This document shows, one piece after another, positions 13,193 through 26,357 of a stretch of 64,000 nt of DNA (positions are counted from its first letter, which is position 1; every line of letters begins with the position of its first letter). The position numbers and the translations under genes were made by a program. Source of the stretch: Paecilomyces variotii (Eukaryota); NCBI GenBank assembly GCA_004022145.1, contig RCNU01000014.1. One strand, 5' to 3'. The notes beneath the pieces were generated by a model. The model did not search any database and was not told the origin of the DNA. It saw nothing but the letters and a program-made list of their open reading frames with translations.

Positions 13193-15976
13193 TGCAGACA
13201 CTGGACGATCACCGCTATCGCAATCCCGGGATGACAGCTCGGTTCGGCAGTTACCGACTATCTACTAGTTACTGAGTTTAGTGCTGATGATGGCGATGGT
13301 GATGATGCCTTGTTTGGTGAAGCTTCCCACACCGCCTTCGGGAGGGTCAAGGCTTTTACACAAACATCATTATTATTATTATTAGTTATATCGAATCAAT
13401 GGTAATTTATTAATTTTTTACTCGACGGAATTCGGTATCCTCATTGATCCATTCAGCCACCCCCTGACCTTGGGTATCGATAATTATTTTATGAAGACTA
13501 GATACAATGTTGGATAGTTATTCTAGCTATGGCAGACCTCGAACCAGGCTCGTCCCAACAACATCGGCCCCAATCGTCCCCCACGAAGCCATGAGTACTT
13601 CCGATGAAAATCCCTACACCGTACTTTGTCCCCTCTTGCAGTCTATTCCTCCTAGTCCTCTGTAGTGCAAGCATGATTCTGAACAGCGCAAAACCGGCCA
13701 GCCTTCGGGATGCGAGTCGAGCTCCAGTGACGAGGATAGTTGGGTGATATTTATCCGTGATAAGGGAACCCTGGTCAAGGATGAACAATCCGTCACAACT
13801 TAAAGCCTTGCTAGTTCATTAACTCCCACTTGGAGCAAAAGATTTCACCCATCATCCATCATCTTTCCTTGGCATGTTATTATGTGAAGGTCCCCGCAGT
13901 GTATACTTCCGGGGTCCCCGACGAATTACTTACTACTGATCAAGCTGGCCCACGTTGTGCCTTTGATTTTCCTACTGCGGTGCCTTGCTGGCTCAGGCAA
14001 GGCGCATTTTTATCTCCCTGTCATCATCCTTTAGTTGAGCGATTACCTCTCAACTGGGAACCAACCGCAGTGCTGGATGCAGGAGCCAGACACTATTCCC
14101 CCGCCTTCAGCATGGTCTGGCACGACATGGACTTGACGTGTCTCATTACCCCGCTCTCCTGCACAGCCAGCCTCGATTACAACATGGTCCGTACGAAAGG
14201 CTCGGGATCCGATGGGATGGGGCTGGCAGAATGGACTTATGAATTACATAGGAAATCCTGCAGACCCTTCCAAGGGATGAGAGCGAACCCACGTCTTAGT
14301 CGGAGTCCCCTGCCAGCTGCCAGCCCATAACATGAGCGATAATTGATTCTAGAACAAAAAACAATACTCCTAGATCAAAGGGATAAGCCACTTAATTTCT
14401 CTAGGCTTTCTTCCATTCACAGCCTCGACGTTATGTACGGAGTACACTCTCTGGCTCCAAAATATCACCCCTTGCGTGTAGAATTGCTCTTCATGGACAC
14501 ACAGTCCTAAATCCTATGTATGCCCCGCATACAGTTGGCTGGCAGATACGCGGTTCTAGCTTTTCAAGCGGCAGCAGAAAAATCCTACGCTCTGTCCTGC
14601 CCAGCACGCTGGATGTGTGGGAGCACAAAGATCGTCACGCTTGAGTCTCCTAACCCAGTAGCTGCATCAGTTATACAGTCTGAATCCACCGTCAGCGGAG
14701 TGAACCAGATGCCCGGGTCTGGTGGATCGTAAATCTTGTAAGGGTCGTTTTGAATGGATGCCCATCATGCCGTGTTGGTTTCAAACGCCATTTGTGATTT
14801 CCAATGGAACTCATACGCCGCCCTTTCACAGAGCACGCCTGATTCTCGAGTACATATTCCGGATGTAGGCTAGCCTATGCCAGGTATACTGATCTAGATA
14901 CTGGCTGCATGCTGCATATGAGCTGATAACTGGTTCCATGAGTGTATATATAGATTAGGTGGATATTGTTATCCCACATGTTGCCATGTATGCGTTTATT
15001 TGTAGACTATCCTATTCTTTTGGGCATACCAACCAGCAGGTATGATCATCGATGGTACCAGATACAGGGATCCTGGCATCATTGGTGCCTGACTGCTCGT
15101 TCTTCGTTTGGTGGGCAGCTTGCAAGAGACACCGCATCTAAATTCTCGAGTAGCTGCATGGCATGTATGACTATATAATTGTATCTGCTCCTTTGTTTAC
15201 TTCCAGACACACCAGCACTTCGTCATTGCGCTCGCCTTTCTATGTCTTGTATTAGACTGGTGAGTTCAGAAGCACGTCCGTCCCGGCGGGGATCTCGTGG
15301 GTATGTTATGCATGGAAGTATTCAAAATTTCTTGACCTTCCAAACGCTGACCTTTTCGGTCAGTTGTTGATTTCTAGAACATCCTTTGCGAAAGCCTCTA
15401 CCTTGTATCTATCTCTGTCGTTGTAGTTTGTTAGTGTCTCCGGCGATCTGGTACGAATAGCCAAAAGCAAGCATTTCATCTAAACATCAGTCGCTTTGAG
15501 CTTGAATACACTTCTTTTTTTCTTGAAATAAGAATCACCAGTTATGGCCATGTGAAAATATCATTTACACTGTAATCGTGGTGATGTTGCGATAACCGCA
15601 CGGATCAGAATGGAGGGGAAAACATTGAAATTTTTTTTCCTTTCGGACATTCCCGACTCCGATTCGCCGCACGCCTTCAGACCACAGCAACCACAGTAAT
15701 TAACCAGGATCTAGTTTATACGAGTATACTCGATCTCTGCTCCTTTGTGAGATCTTGGGACTATTACATGTTGGATTTCGGAGAGACTACTCTTCGATAG
15801 CGCTCTACGCCTGAATACACTTTCTTGAGAAATACTTCTTGCAGTGGAGCAAGGCACAGAAAACCAAAGGCGCCTCTTCACGTCATTGGAAATATACCCA
15901 CTAGTCCTCAAAGATAAGGATAAAAACTAAACGTGGAGTATCTACTCGTTGCACGGCACAGGTAGAAGCCGCAACC

Positions 15977-17592
15977 ATGAACACTCTGAAAGCTGAGGGG
16001 TCGTCAACCCTCTCCTTGCCGGAGGGGAGCTATATCTATTCAATCTCCGCCTCAACCCCCGGTTCATTTGCAGCCATATCATCAGATGACTCTCTGCGGA
16101 CTTTCGATGCTAGAACTCTGAAGTTACTTTCTGTTCCTGCGACGAAGACGCATGAAGGAGTCACCTGTCTCAAGGAATATGGACATGCCACCGAAGGGGG
16201 ACCGCAGTTACTAGCGACGGCGGGCAGAGATGGGAAGGTCAGGCTGTGGGATGTTAGGAGCGGCCCCGGAAAGAGTCAGCCGGTCGTGGAAATGGAGACT
16301 GGTAAGTTCGACTGCTGCTATATTGAGCGGTTCACGATGACGTGGATTGGATTAGTGTCTCTCGTTCTTCAAGCGTCCTTTCAGGATCAGCGGAGACTTC
16401 CATAGAGTTTATGCTGACAACTTGGACCAGCGAAAAATGTTCCTGTGTTATCACTTGCCTGCTCTGCTGGAACGAACACTATCGTTGCCGGTACAGAGTT
16501 GGCCTCCTACCAGGCAGCAGTAGTATTTTGGTAAGCTCTTTATTTCGCCCCATGTTCCTGTACGAGGAATGACAAGTCTGTTTCATGGATGTCTCGTGCC
16601 ACTATCCAAGTACCGCTCGTTCGGACCTGCCAGGCTTTGGCACATCCTCGACGAATGACCTATTAATGAGCCATACAGGGACATCAGATCTCCAAACCAA
16701 CCGCGACTGCAGTATATTGAGAGTCACAACGATGACGTGACAGAGGTGAGTCATTAAGAGACATGCTAGCCACCCACGTCTGTCTATCGTCTGGTACTGA
16801 ACGGCGCTGTCACAGCTACAATTTCACCCACTGCATAACAATGTCGTCCTGTCAGGCAGCACAGATGGCCTGGTCAATATCTATGACACGAACATCACGG
16901 ATGAGGAAGATGCGTTGATTCAAGTAATCAACCACGGCTCAATACACCATGCCGGTTACCTGTCAGAGCATGCTGTCTATGCGCTCAGCCACGACGAGAC
17001 TTTCTCAATCCACCCAACCACCAACCCAGATGATCCGACCCAGGAGCCGTCTCCCATTCAATTCGGGGACGTAAGGCAGAGCCTTGGTTGTGAGTATGTC
17101 GTGCAGATAATTGGTAGTAGTCAGGGAACCTATGTCGCGGCTGGAAACACGACGTAAGTTTGTGAACGTTTCTGGGAACTGACAACTAATCTTTGAAATT
17201 CATATGAATGAAAGCTAACCATACGAGCAGACAGCAAAAATTGGATCTGATACCGCTGGTCCCGAATCCGAAATGGCGATTTGACCAAGAAAGCATTTGG
17301 CGCTTACCCGGTGCGCACGGCGAGGAAATTGTCCGTTCAATATACCTCGATGAAAAGGTACGGCTTTCATCCCTGTTATTCCACTGACCAGGCGTACACT
17401 ATCGAGAAGATTATAAAGCTCACATTATCGCAGTCACAGACTGTATTTACCGGTGGAGAAGACGGGGTCGTACGTGCCTGGAGAGCAGAAGAAGCTCGTT
17501 CAGAGAGCCGAGAAAGCTCTGAGACGCCTTCCAAGTCTTCTCGTGCGAAAGATAAAAAGCCGAAGGAGAAAGAACGGTTTAAGCCATACTAA
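15977..17592 (+). CDS. WD40-repeat protein (WDR89/YNL035C-like)
   Basis: Six exons, with introns starting at 16302, 16530, 16746, 17154 and 17358. WD repeats ATAGRDGKVRLWD, YIESHNDDVTELQFHP, LSGSTDGLVNIYD, GAHGEEIVRS, FTGGEDGVVRAW; basic tail ending RFKPY*. Confidence 0.88.
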
Positions 17593-18343
17593 AGATAAAA
17601 TCGATGAAGGGATAGACTTGGTTTATAGAGAAAAAGGGGAGTCATGTCTACGAAAATAGCATGTTATGGTTAGGTTAATGATCAGCATTGAAGAAATGAT
17701 CTTTGGATCTTCAATTTTAGCATTTGGAGGCGTTTTCTTGCGGCAATCCAAGAAGTCAAAGTACTCTATTATAGCGGATTTATATAGTTAGTAAACCCTA
17801 GGCGGATATAACGGTTAGTGACATGAATTACCAGACCGCCACGATGTAAGACGCTTCCAAGAATTCTCAACCCCATGAAGCTAATAATATATCACCTATT
17901 TTTTCTAGGTTGATATTTTAGTTCGTATTCCTGGCTCTAATCTCGAACATCAAATCACTGTCCTAGACGACACTGGCTCATCGTACCTGGAGCTTTTCGG
18001 GGAAGATCTAGCGGCGATGAACCATAATCTCAATACTATTCCGGGATCTCTCATACACCGGGTAAAAATCGCGTCTTGAGACTTTGTCACCCGACTGTCT
18101 TGCTTCTTGCTATAATGAGATCGCAATCACCATTTCTTCTCTTCTCTCAGGATGCTTTTAGCAAATTCTGCTATAGAAAAACGACAAAAGATGTGATATT
18201 TAATAATTCTACTTTGCGTTGTCTTAATTATATATTATAAATATCTCCTTTAAGAAAAGACCCCCCAAAATCTATATTTTCATAAGACTTTTGTTAGACG
18301 TTGCAAAGGATCAAAACCCGGGAGCGGAGTTGGTAGAAAGGTT

Positions 18344-19264
18344 TTAGGACAGGAGTTGGGGTTGAGGCCATGCAACCTAGATTGATGACAGTTAGTTAGT
18401 GCATTCGTCTATAAACAAGACGGTATGATATTAGACCCACATACTATTTCAACATGGAGGCTGCCATCGCCGTACTTCTCTTGCAATTTTGCAACTTCCT
18501 GGTAGCGTTTCTCGGAACCAGCAGGCCCAGCATCTGGTACCTGAACCCCTTTGTACCAATAGGTAATGACTTTAGGATCCGCCGTCAATTTCCTGGAGCG
18601 ATATGCATCGAGGACGGCATAGTAGTTCGTTTTCATTCCTGGTGTGAGCCATGTGCATGTATTAAGAGTGAATTTTAGAATCTCAATCTGATAATAGGTG
18701 AAGTGATCGAGCCCGCTCGGTTCAGACTCTGGGTACCTAGTCAAAAAGAAATTTATAATTAGTATATAATAGTATCGTGTATTAACCTGAACTTACGCTG
18801 GGCCATCAGGAGTTTTTGTTTTGAGCCAGTTTTCAAGATTGAGAACTTCATCGGGGACGTAACCATATATGGATAGAAAACGCTCTTGTGCTTTTAGACA
18901 TTCGTTGAGCTTCTGTTCCCTCCACCTAAGACTATCAGGGTTTTTTTTTTTATTTATCCATTTTGAACAGGCAATACGGACTTTGAGTATTCTTCTGGGT
19001 CCCACAAGGCCCTTCTGACAGCACTGTCGTCATAGCTTGCAAACTGCTGGTCGGGGACAGGAAATGGGGTCAAAATAGGACGATTGTTGGCAGGCTTTGC
19101 TTCATCACCCTGAGTTGCCATGTTTTTGTCTTGAAGGTGTCTTGAAGGTAAGGTAAAGGCAAGGAAAGAGTTGATGTGGGGTCTGACGGGGTCTCGACAT
19201 AATTAACGTCTTCACAGGAGGCTAGGTAATCTTCAAACCTTAGCTTGTCCAGCGCCCAGAACAT
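18344..19264 (-). pseudogene. Disrupted multi-exon hypothetical gene
   Basis: Two well-formed introns (GTAAGT at 18796..TAG at 18737; GTATGT near 18442..TAG at 18377) join the ORF fragments. The 5' part is broken by an 11-bp tandem duplication (19127-19148) and by a stop/frameshift beside a T11 run (18941-18951). Confidence 0.45.
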
Positions 19265-20651
19265 AGATAGCGCAAGAGAATAGACTGTTTGCGTTCACTA
19301 AGAGTCGAGTCTTGATAGGGTGATGACGCGCAATGATAAGTGGCAGTAAACAGCGACTCCCCGCGATGCAGGAACCCTGCGAAGGATGGTTTTATGAAGA
19401 TGGAGTAAGAAGCTTAGTTCCTATCCTCCAGTTGGAGGGGTGCTAAATACTAAACTACTTTTGACGTAGAACTGTAAGTCCAAGGCCGTATAGTATACTG
19501 CCGCTCTGCATCTCAGTGTCCCTCTATGGGCATACACCAATGGCGAATTTGTCGGAGCTCACAATGCCAGTACTCGGAATATAACCGCACAGGTCGTATT
19601 TGTTGAAGAGCTTATTTTTAGACATCCCAAATGTCCTCGGCGACAGTTTTCTTCCACTTGACAAAGTCAATAGCATTAGCTGGGTGCTAATGCACACTGC
19701 CTAGTAATTCGGGTAGGCTTAGTTGCGTTTAGAATTGCTTCGAATCTGGCCTTCTCTTCCATAGTTATCGCCATGAGCTCCCACCCTCTCTTCTTTCGCG
19801 ATAGTGCATGGTCGGCCTTCACTTGCTGGATGATTCTCCAAAGAATGGCCTTACATTTCGGGCTAGCCCACGAAGTGCGGTAGAAGAGCCCGTTTTTGTT
19901 GCTAATGTTCTCGGTATACAGCTGCAGTTGTTTTGGATCACGCCTCCTAAAGGCGTTATGGAAACCAGAACGCGGTTGCTAGAGCCTCTCTCCTTATACG
20001 TCTCGATCACAACTGACTGGAGGTTTGTGGCCAAGGCATGGACCTGTGACACGGCGGTTGTCGACAACATTATTGAGGCAGGGTTCACACTGGTCTCCTG
20101 CGTTTGTTGAAGCAGGCTGCCTTAAAGGGTAGGTATATGGTAGATCAAATGCCGCTGCATTTATATTAGGACTCGACATGGTGATTGGTCGCAATAGATA
20201 TACGAGATAAGAGATGAATCGAGCAGCATTGATGGCTCTTTAGCCACGCAAAAACAATGCACGTATGTATAATCCCTAATAGCCGACTAGTCAGTATTGA
20301 TTAGTACTTGATATGTGAAGCAGCATGTCTAAGTACCTTTCTGTTATTAACCAGATATATGTGTCTGGGTTCATCCCTTTTAACTCCCCACTCTCGTATA
20401 TTCGAAGTAAATTATACATTTGCATAATAAGAATATTATCTTCAAATAGGGCCTAAGTTATTTAATCGTTTCTTCGCAAACAGAGAGTGAATTAGCATAG
20501 CTAGTACAAAAACTTCGGCAGAACTATCTATAAAAATAAGATCTTTGATAGAACTCTCCCTTTGGGTTGAGTGGTATGGAGTTCCGATAATTTCTACAAG
20601 AGAATTATGATGCAGAACTGCGTTGAGCAGATATACTCTGGAACAAAGCTC

Positions 20652-20761
20652 GCCGAGCCTGAGTTCTCTAGCAACTAGCTCAGCCTATTTATCTCCGTGG
20701 GTGGAGCTGGAAGGCGTGGGAGAAATCCGACAGGAGGTCTGCCTGTAGGCAGGCTCCGACA
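20652..20761. repeat. Dispersed ~110-bp repeat, copy 1
   Basis: Shares TCTAGCAACTAGCTCAGCCTATTTATC, AAGGCGTGGGAGAAA and TCTGCCTGTAGGCAG with 36211-36325 in the same orientation. Confidence 0.85.
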
Positions 20762-21301
20762 TATAAGTAATGTGCGATGTGGCTGCGGGGTAAGATCTTC
20801 ACAGGTATTGAGAGCTGGTGAAGGAGCTGGTAAAGTCCTGCAACTAGAGCAATTCACCAGCTCAGCGTCGTCCCAGATTCTGCCGATTTCGTCTTTACAA
20901 AGAGCTACATGTGTTTTTCGGACCACCCGAGAGGCCCTGCGTCCATATTCACTCGCCGCTCCTTCAATTTGGTAGCTGTTTTAGCGCAAAGCAAACTTAA
21001 TCGTTAGATCTTTGAGTCATCCATAAGGGTCCATATGCAAGGCCCTGGGCTTACTTACCTGGCGATCATAAAATGCTATCGCAAGGGGGACAAACATCTA
21101 CTGGTAAAATAATTGAGAATTCGAAAAGAGACTGTCATTCTTGAGTATAATTCATGAATCATAACGCCATCTCAATGCTTTTCCCTGATAGTTGGGAAGC
21201 AGTATCCTATGCTCCCTATGCATCCGTTAAGCGAATAAACAGGCAAACCACACTCAAACACCGCATTTGCAAGCCATAAGATAGAATTGAAGTTCCTGTA
21301 G

Positions 21302-23703
21302 TTAGGACAACTCCATGCCATCGTCTTCCCCGTCCTCTGGATCATCGCCGTCCTCGGCGACATTACCGCCCATCACTGCGTAACGAGTGCGCTTGGAGTC
21401 CCGGCTCAGAGGCGCACCGTCGGCACCCAAGGCCCCGACCAGTTCCAGCTCTGGCCCAGCAAGGATTCGTCCTTCTGTGTCGACTACCTCGCACAGCTCG
21501 ATCAAACTCTGCCGGCTCAAGGACTTGAAGCCGTCCGTGCGCACAACCCGCCCCCAGTGAGTGAGACAGAACTGAGCGGCGCGGCGTCTCAGCCATTCTT
21601 CATTGGTTCGTCCAGCACGTTCCCAAACGATGGCGGCATTCTCTACATCCAATTCTCGACTGAGACGGTTGACACACAGCAGTCGCAGTTTTGGCATGTC
21701 GTAAAGATTAGCCATGACTAGCATGCCTGCTACATCTATGATATCGGAGCAGTACTCTGGATGTCCAGCGATGCTGTCCGTATACAGATAGTAGAGGAAC
21801 GCCCGGACAGTCGAATAAGGTTCGGGAATATGCATCTTCTTTGCATGGTATTCGGCCATCTGCGATGCATAAAGGCGCTTGAAGTGCGGCCATCGAACCT
21901 GAAGGATGATCTTGTGCACGTGAATAGGCGGCGAGGTCGCAGCGTCTGGTGGAAGGAAGGCTGGGGCAGGCGATGGGGACGATTCTTCGCCGTCGACAGA
22001 GTACTCATAGTCATCCCGGTTTGCAGTAATAATGAAGTCTGTTCCGCTACCTGCCTCAGGAGGTTGGTCGAAAGCGGCAGCAAGATCGCTCCCCAGAGCG
22101 GAGAGCCTGCTCGGGCCCTGCCGTTCTGAGGCCAAGATCCTGTTCTGCTCCGTCGCTTCGGATACTAGGTCATTCCCCAGGAGGCCATACTTCTCGAGAT
22201 CAATGAAGAGAACTTCACTAAGCTGGTTATCATCGCCCATTCCGGGAGCATTGTTAACTTCCAAGTTGGATCCGAGCAGCCAAGCTTTGGTTCCCTTTTC
22301 GTTGATTGTACAATAATGCCAACGGTAGCCAGGCCTAAAGACCTCCTGTCCATCAGCAAGTCTCTGCCAACGCAAGGAATCCAACTCTAGCGACGAGACG
22401 TTACACTCAAAAGGCCGTACTGTCTCCGAAGGACTGACTAGATCCAGAAGGACGCCGGAAGAATAGACATGAAAGTGAGTCCCGGAAAGTAGTGCAGGAA
22501 CATGAGGACCAGAGTGGAACCGGAGAGAGGAGATCGCCCCCGGAGCAATGGGCTTTCGCCGACCATAGTTGCGTACCTGTACGCTGCCGGAATTTGCTGC
22601 GTAACCACCGGACCGGCCTGACAGCTGCGGAGAGGGACTAAACGTGGAGCCTGGGACATGAGCAATCCTGCTGAGCATAACTGGGGACTCCACGGTACCT
22701 TGTGAGGACGAGATGCCTAGAGATGGACTGCCTTTCAGATCCAGCCACCAGATGTCGGTTGTCCGTTCCATATCCGGGCCAAGACCGCCGAAGATCCAGA
22801 GACGACCACCCCATACCCACGCCGTATGATCAAAACGGGCCGTAAAACTCCAAGTCCGCAACCAGGTCCAGGTCTTGAGGTCCAGATAGCACAGATCGTC
22901 CAGGATGTGATTGTTCTCTCCAGTTACACCCCCGATGATGAACAACTTGTCTTCGTAGATCACGGCTGCATGGCGGGCTCTTCCTCTGGGAACAGGACCT
23001 CGCACATCTGGCTGCGCCCAGGTAGAAGTCTTGATGTCCAGGATGACAATGTCGGATAGATATTCCCGGTGTTCATTCTCACCACCAAAGACAATCAGCT
23101 TGTCGCCTTGATAGAGGGAGGCCGTGTGTCCTGCATATCTTGCCGCGTCAGTTGATACCGTCGAAGAGTATTATCAGCGGAAAAGGGGGGCGACTAACCC
23201 ATGCGAACACCTGGGATATCTCCATAATTATCCACGAGATCCCATCGCAGCGTATTCAGGTTCAGCCTGAGGACATGGTTATACACTGGTCCGGTTAGCA
23301 AGCGATGCCCGGAGATGAAGCTAAGGGAACGACAGTGACAACAGCCAATGAGAAGCTACCAACCCTCATCGGTATACTGGTCGAAACCTCCAAAGGCGTA
23401 GATCTGATCGTTGCCGCAATACGTCACCGAAGCGTTGACCAGGCATGCTGGGACATTCCCCAGGGCCTTCTTGATGCCGGGACGGTAGTCGGCGCTACCT
23501 CGACGGCCTTTCGAGGGACTAGTCGGCATGAGGTATGTGTTCTGGTCGTGGTAGGGAGAGACAGGTGAGGAGACCACATTTGAGGATGTTCTGTGGGAGC
23601 CCGATACGCCGTTCCACGCGGACCCACTGTCATGAAAGTGCGAGAAGAACGACGTTGAAGCTCCCGTAGCGTTGCCAGGTGTGGAGGGCGGTTGCCGCGC
23701 CAT
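21302..23703 (-). CDS. ral2: Kelch-repeat + BTB/POZ regulatory protein (Ral2-like)
   Basis: Starts MARQPP at 23703 and has two introns (~23363-23288, ~23198-23132). Kelch motifs IYAFGGFD, LIVFGGENE, LFIIGG, LWIFGG; C-terminal BTB domain (IHVHKIILQVRWPHF...AFLYYLYTD). Confidence 0.85.
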
Positions 23704-24416
23704 CAGAGCGGGCCCAGGATAGCTGGAGAGGTGAGCTGTCGCCAGAGAGCAGTTGAGCACGCAGTCAATCTAGATATTGGGCATAGATAAACGGAGAATC
23801 AGAGGACATTTGACAGTCCAGCACAGCAGCAGATGGGGCAATCACATCACTACCTGGAAAGGGAAAAGATGATGCTCGAGATGGCCGTCGCTGACGCCGG
23901 GAGGTCACCTGCGAGATGCCAAGACCGGCGATATGCTGATTGGCTGAACAGAGAGACGGCGCCCGCGGAGCCGGAAGAGCCGCACGTCACGAGGACGCTA
24001 GTCTTAACGCAGTCTAGCGCGGCCGTACCTGAGGTAACCGTTGCTATGGCAGGACAGACGCTTAGGCCGGACAGGCAGTATATTTACGGCCTCCATTTCT
24101 ATATCTCCAGCTCTTTTTCCCTTCTTCCTCATCCACGCATCCCTTTTCGCCTCTCTATTTCCTACTTTTACATGTTCTAAGTCTCTATTTGCTTCGTGCT
24201 TGCATCCTATTGATGATCTTGTACAGACAATAGCTGTCTTCGTCAATTCTTCGCTGCTACCAGCTTTCCGAGCTGCAACCTCTTCACAGCCATATCAGCG
24301 CAGTGTCCTGGCGATAGCTGCTCGATAGGCCGTGACAGTTGTTGGAGAGAAGCCTATATATCTTCAGCAGAACAAAAAAAAAATCAGATTCAAGAAAAAA
24401 AAAATAAACCGTCACA

Positions 24417-26357
24417 ATGGCCACCGCAACCGTGACGACGCCCATCAAGAGCCACCGCGGGATCTTTAACACAAAGACGGCTGGCGGTCGACTGCCTCTC
24501 ACCCCGTCTCCTCGAACTCGCACAAACAGTGTGACCAACGTGTCCAGCAGCGAGTCTCCTTTTACCCCTCCAAAGCACGCAGACGGCGAGCGCCCTGCCA
24601 AGGGTTCCAAATCGGTCTATGGAGGTAACCTGTCATCCCACTTCAGCAAGTCTTTGTCAAAGACCACCCGCTCGCACAGAGACTCTCCCAAGTCCAACAT
24701 TGCCAGGATCCGCAAGTCTCCAAAGCACCTGGAGCTGGGCGTCTCAGACTGGACCTTGACTGGAACGGGTCCGAGCAGATCCACACCATCGAAGGAGCGA
24801 ACAAGGGAAAGGGTGACAAAGGAGAGAGCTGCAAAGGAGAAGGTCTCGAAAGAAAAGGTACCAAAAGAGAAAGCTTCTCGAGAGAAGGTTGCAACAACTC
24901 GTACCACTCGATCAACGAAAACAACTGTTCGCATTCCTCACAATGCCGGCGACCGCTTCATCCCTAACCGCATGGCAAGCGAGGGCCTGGCTACGGCTGG
25001 TACCGCAAAGCCAGAAGAGAACTCTCGCCCGAAGACTAGCGGCAGTGAGGGCTCCGCGGTTCTGGCAAACGCTGCCAGTGCATTCGACATCGGTGGTCGC
25101 GGCTCTGAGGAGGATCTCACTGCTGCACTGGAGAACCTAGGTCTGGAGGACAACGAGCCGTCCAGCAACTACTCTCGCCCGGCCCCTGATGCTGTCGCAT
25201 ATGAGTCCTCCCTAGCCAACGCTTGTGGCGTGAATCTAAACACCCGTATTCTTGCCTTCAAGCCTCCGCCCCCGGAGTCTTCTAAGCCCATTGACCTGCG
25301 CGCGCAATACAACCGTCCCCTGAAGCCCGCCGGAGCTCAGTCGGCTCAGTTCCGACGCCGTGTCCAGACGGCACCAGAGCGTGTCCTGGATGCTCCAGGT
25401 ATGCTGGATGACTACTACCTGAACTTGCTTGACTGGGGCTCTGGCAACCAGGTTGCTATCGGGCTCGAACGAAATGTCTACGTCTGGTCTGCTGACACCG
25501 GCACGGTCAACTGCCTCCTGGAGACCTCTCCCGACACCTACGTCAGCAGTGTCAAGTGGAGCGGAGACGGAGCATACGTTGGTGTTGGACTGGGTACTGG
25601 GGAAGTCCAGATCTGGGATGTGGAAGAAGGAACCAAGCTTCGCAGCATGTTCGGTCATGACTCCCGCGTCGGTGTCATGGGCTGGTCCAAACACACTCTG
25701 TCGACTGGCGCCCGCAGTGGACTCGTTTTCAACCACGATGTCCGCATCGCCGACCACAAGGTCGCTGAACTCGTTTCTCACACCTCCGAAGTCTGCGGTC
25801 TGGAATGGCGATCCGACGGTGCCCAGCTGGCGACCGGGGGCAACGACAACCTGGTCAACATCTGGGACTCTCGATCCCTGAGCGCTCCCAAATTCACCAA
25901 GACCAACCACCGTGCTGCTGTTAAGGCGCTCAGTTGGTGCCCCTGGCAATTGAACCTCCTGGCCACGGGTGGAGGTTCTTATGACCGTCACATCCACTTC
26001 TGGAACACCACAACCGGCGCTCGTACCAACAGCATCGACACCGGCTCGCAAGTCACCAGTCTGCGGTGGAGCAACCATTACCGGGAGATCGTCAGCTCGA
26101 GTGGATTCCCCGACAACTCGCTCAGCATCTGGAGTTACCCTACTCTGGTCCGCAACGTGGAGATCCCCGCCCATGAGACCCGTGTGTTGCACAGCTGCCT
26201 CAGCCCAGACGGCCAGATGCTGGCCACTGCGGCTGCAGACGAGAGCCTCAAGTTCTGGAAGATCTTCGAGCGCAAGCCTGGCACCAGCGCTGCGGCCTCT
26301 CGCGAGGGCGGTGTAGGCAGCAAGGCTCAGATGGCTAAGTCCATGACCATCCGATGA
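24417..26357 (+). CDS. cdc20: APC/C co-activator Cdc20 (Slp1/fizzy)
   Basis: Intronless. C-box DRFIPNR, RILAF Mad2-interaction-like motif, VLDAPGMLDDYYLNLLDW, WD40 propeller, terminal IR tail. Confidence 0.96.
   Translation: MATATVTTPIKSHRGIFNTKTAGGRLPLTPSPRTRTNSVTNVSSSESPFTPPKHADGERPAKGSKSVYGGNLSSHFSKSLSKTTRSHRDSPKSNIARIRKSPKHLELGVSDWTLTGTGPSRSTPSKERTRERVTKERAAKEKVSKEKVPKEKASREKVATTRTTRSTKTTVRIPHNAGDRFIPNRMASEGLATAGTAKPEENSRPKTSGSEGSAVLANAASAFDIGGRGSEEDLTAALENLGLEDNEPSSNYSRPAPDAVAYESSLANACGVNLNTRILAFKPPPPESSKPIDLRAQYNRPLKPAGAQSAQFRRRVQTAPERVLDAPGMLDDYYLNLLDWGSGNQVAIGLERNVYVWSADTGTVNCLLETSPDTYVSSVKWSGDGAYVGVGLGTGEVQIWDVEEGTKLRSMFGHDSRVGVMGWSKHTLSTGARSGLVFNHDVRIADHKVAELVSHTSEVCGLEWRSDGAQLATGGNDNLVNIWDSRSLSAPKFTKTNHRAAVKALSWCPWQLNLLATGGGSYDRHIHFWNTTTGARTNSIDTGSQVTSLRWSNHYREIVSSSGFPDNSLSIWSYPTLVRNVEIPAHETRVLHSCLSPDGQMLATAAADESLKFWKIFERKPGTSAAASREGGVGSKAQMAKSMTIR

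Noticed and set aside
11839..14330. ORFs of 206 aa and 166 aa upstream of laeA
   Set aside because: Non-ATG starts, no domain-like content and no splice support; treated as regulatory/intergenic DNA.
25236..26192. 318-aa antisense ORF within cdc20 (and similar shadow ORFs in rpb1 and pfkA)
   Set aside because: Entirely overlaps a conserved gene on the opposite strand; expected from GC-rich codon usage and shows no protein motifs.
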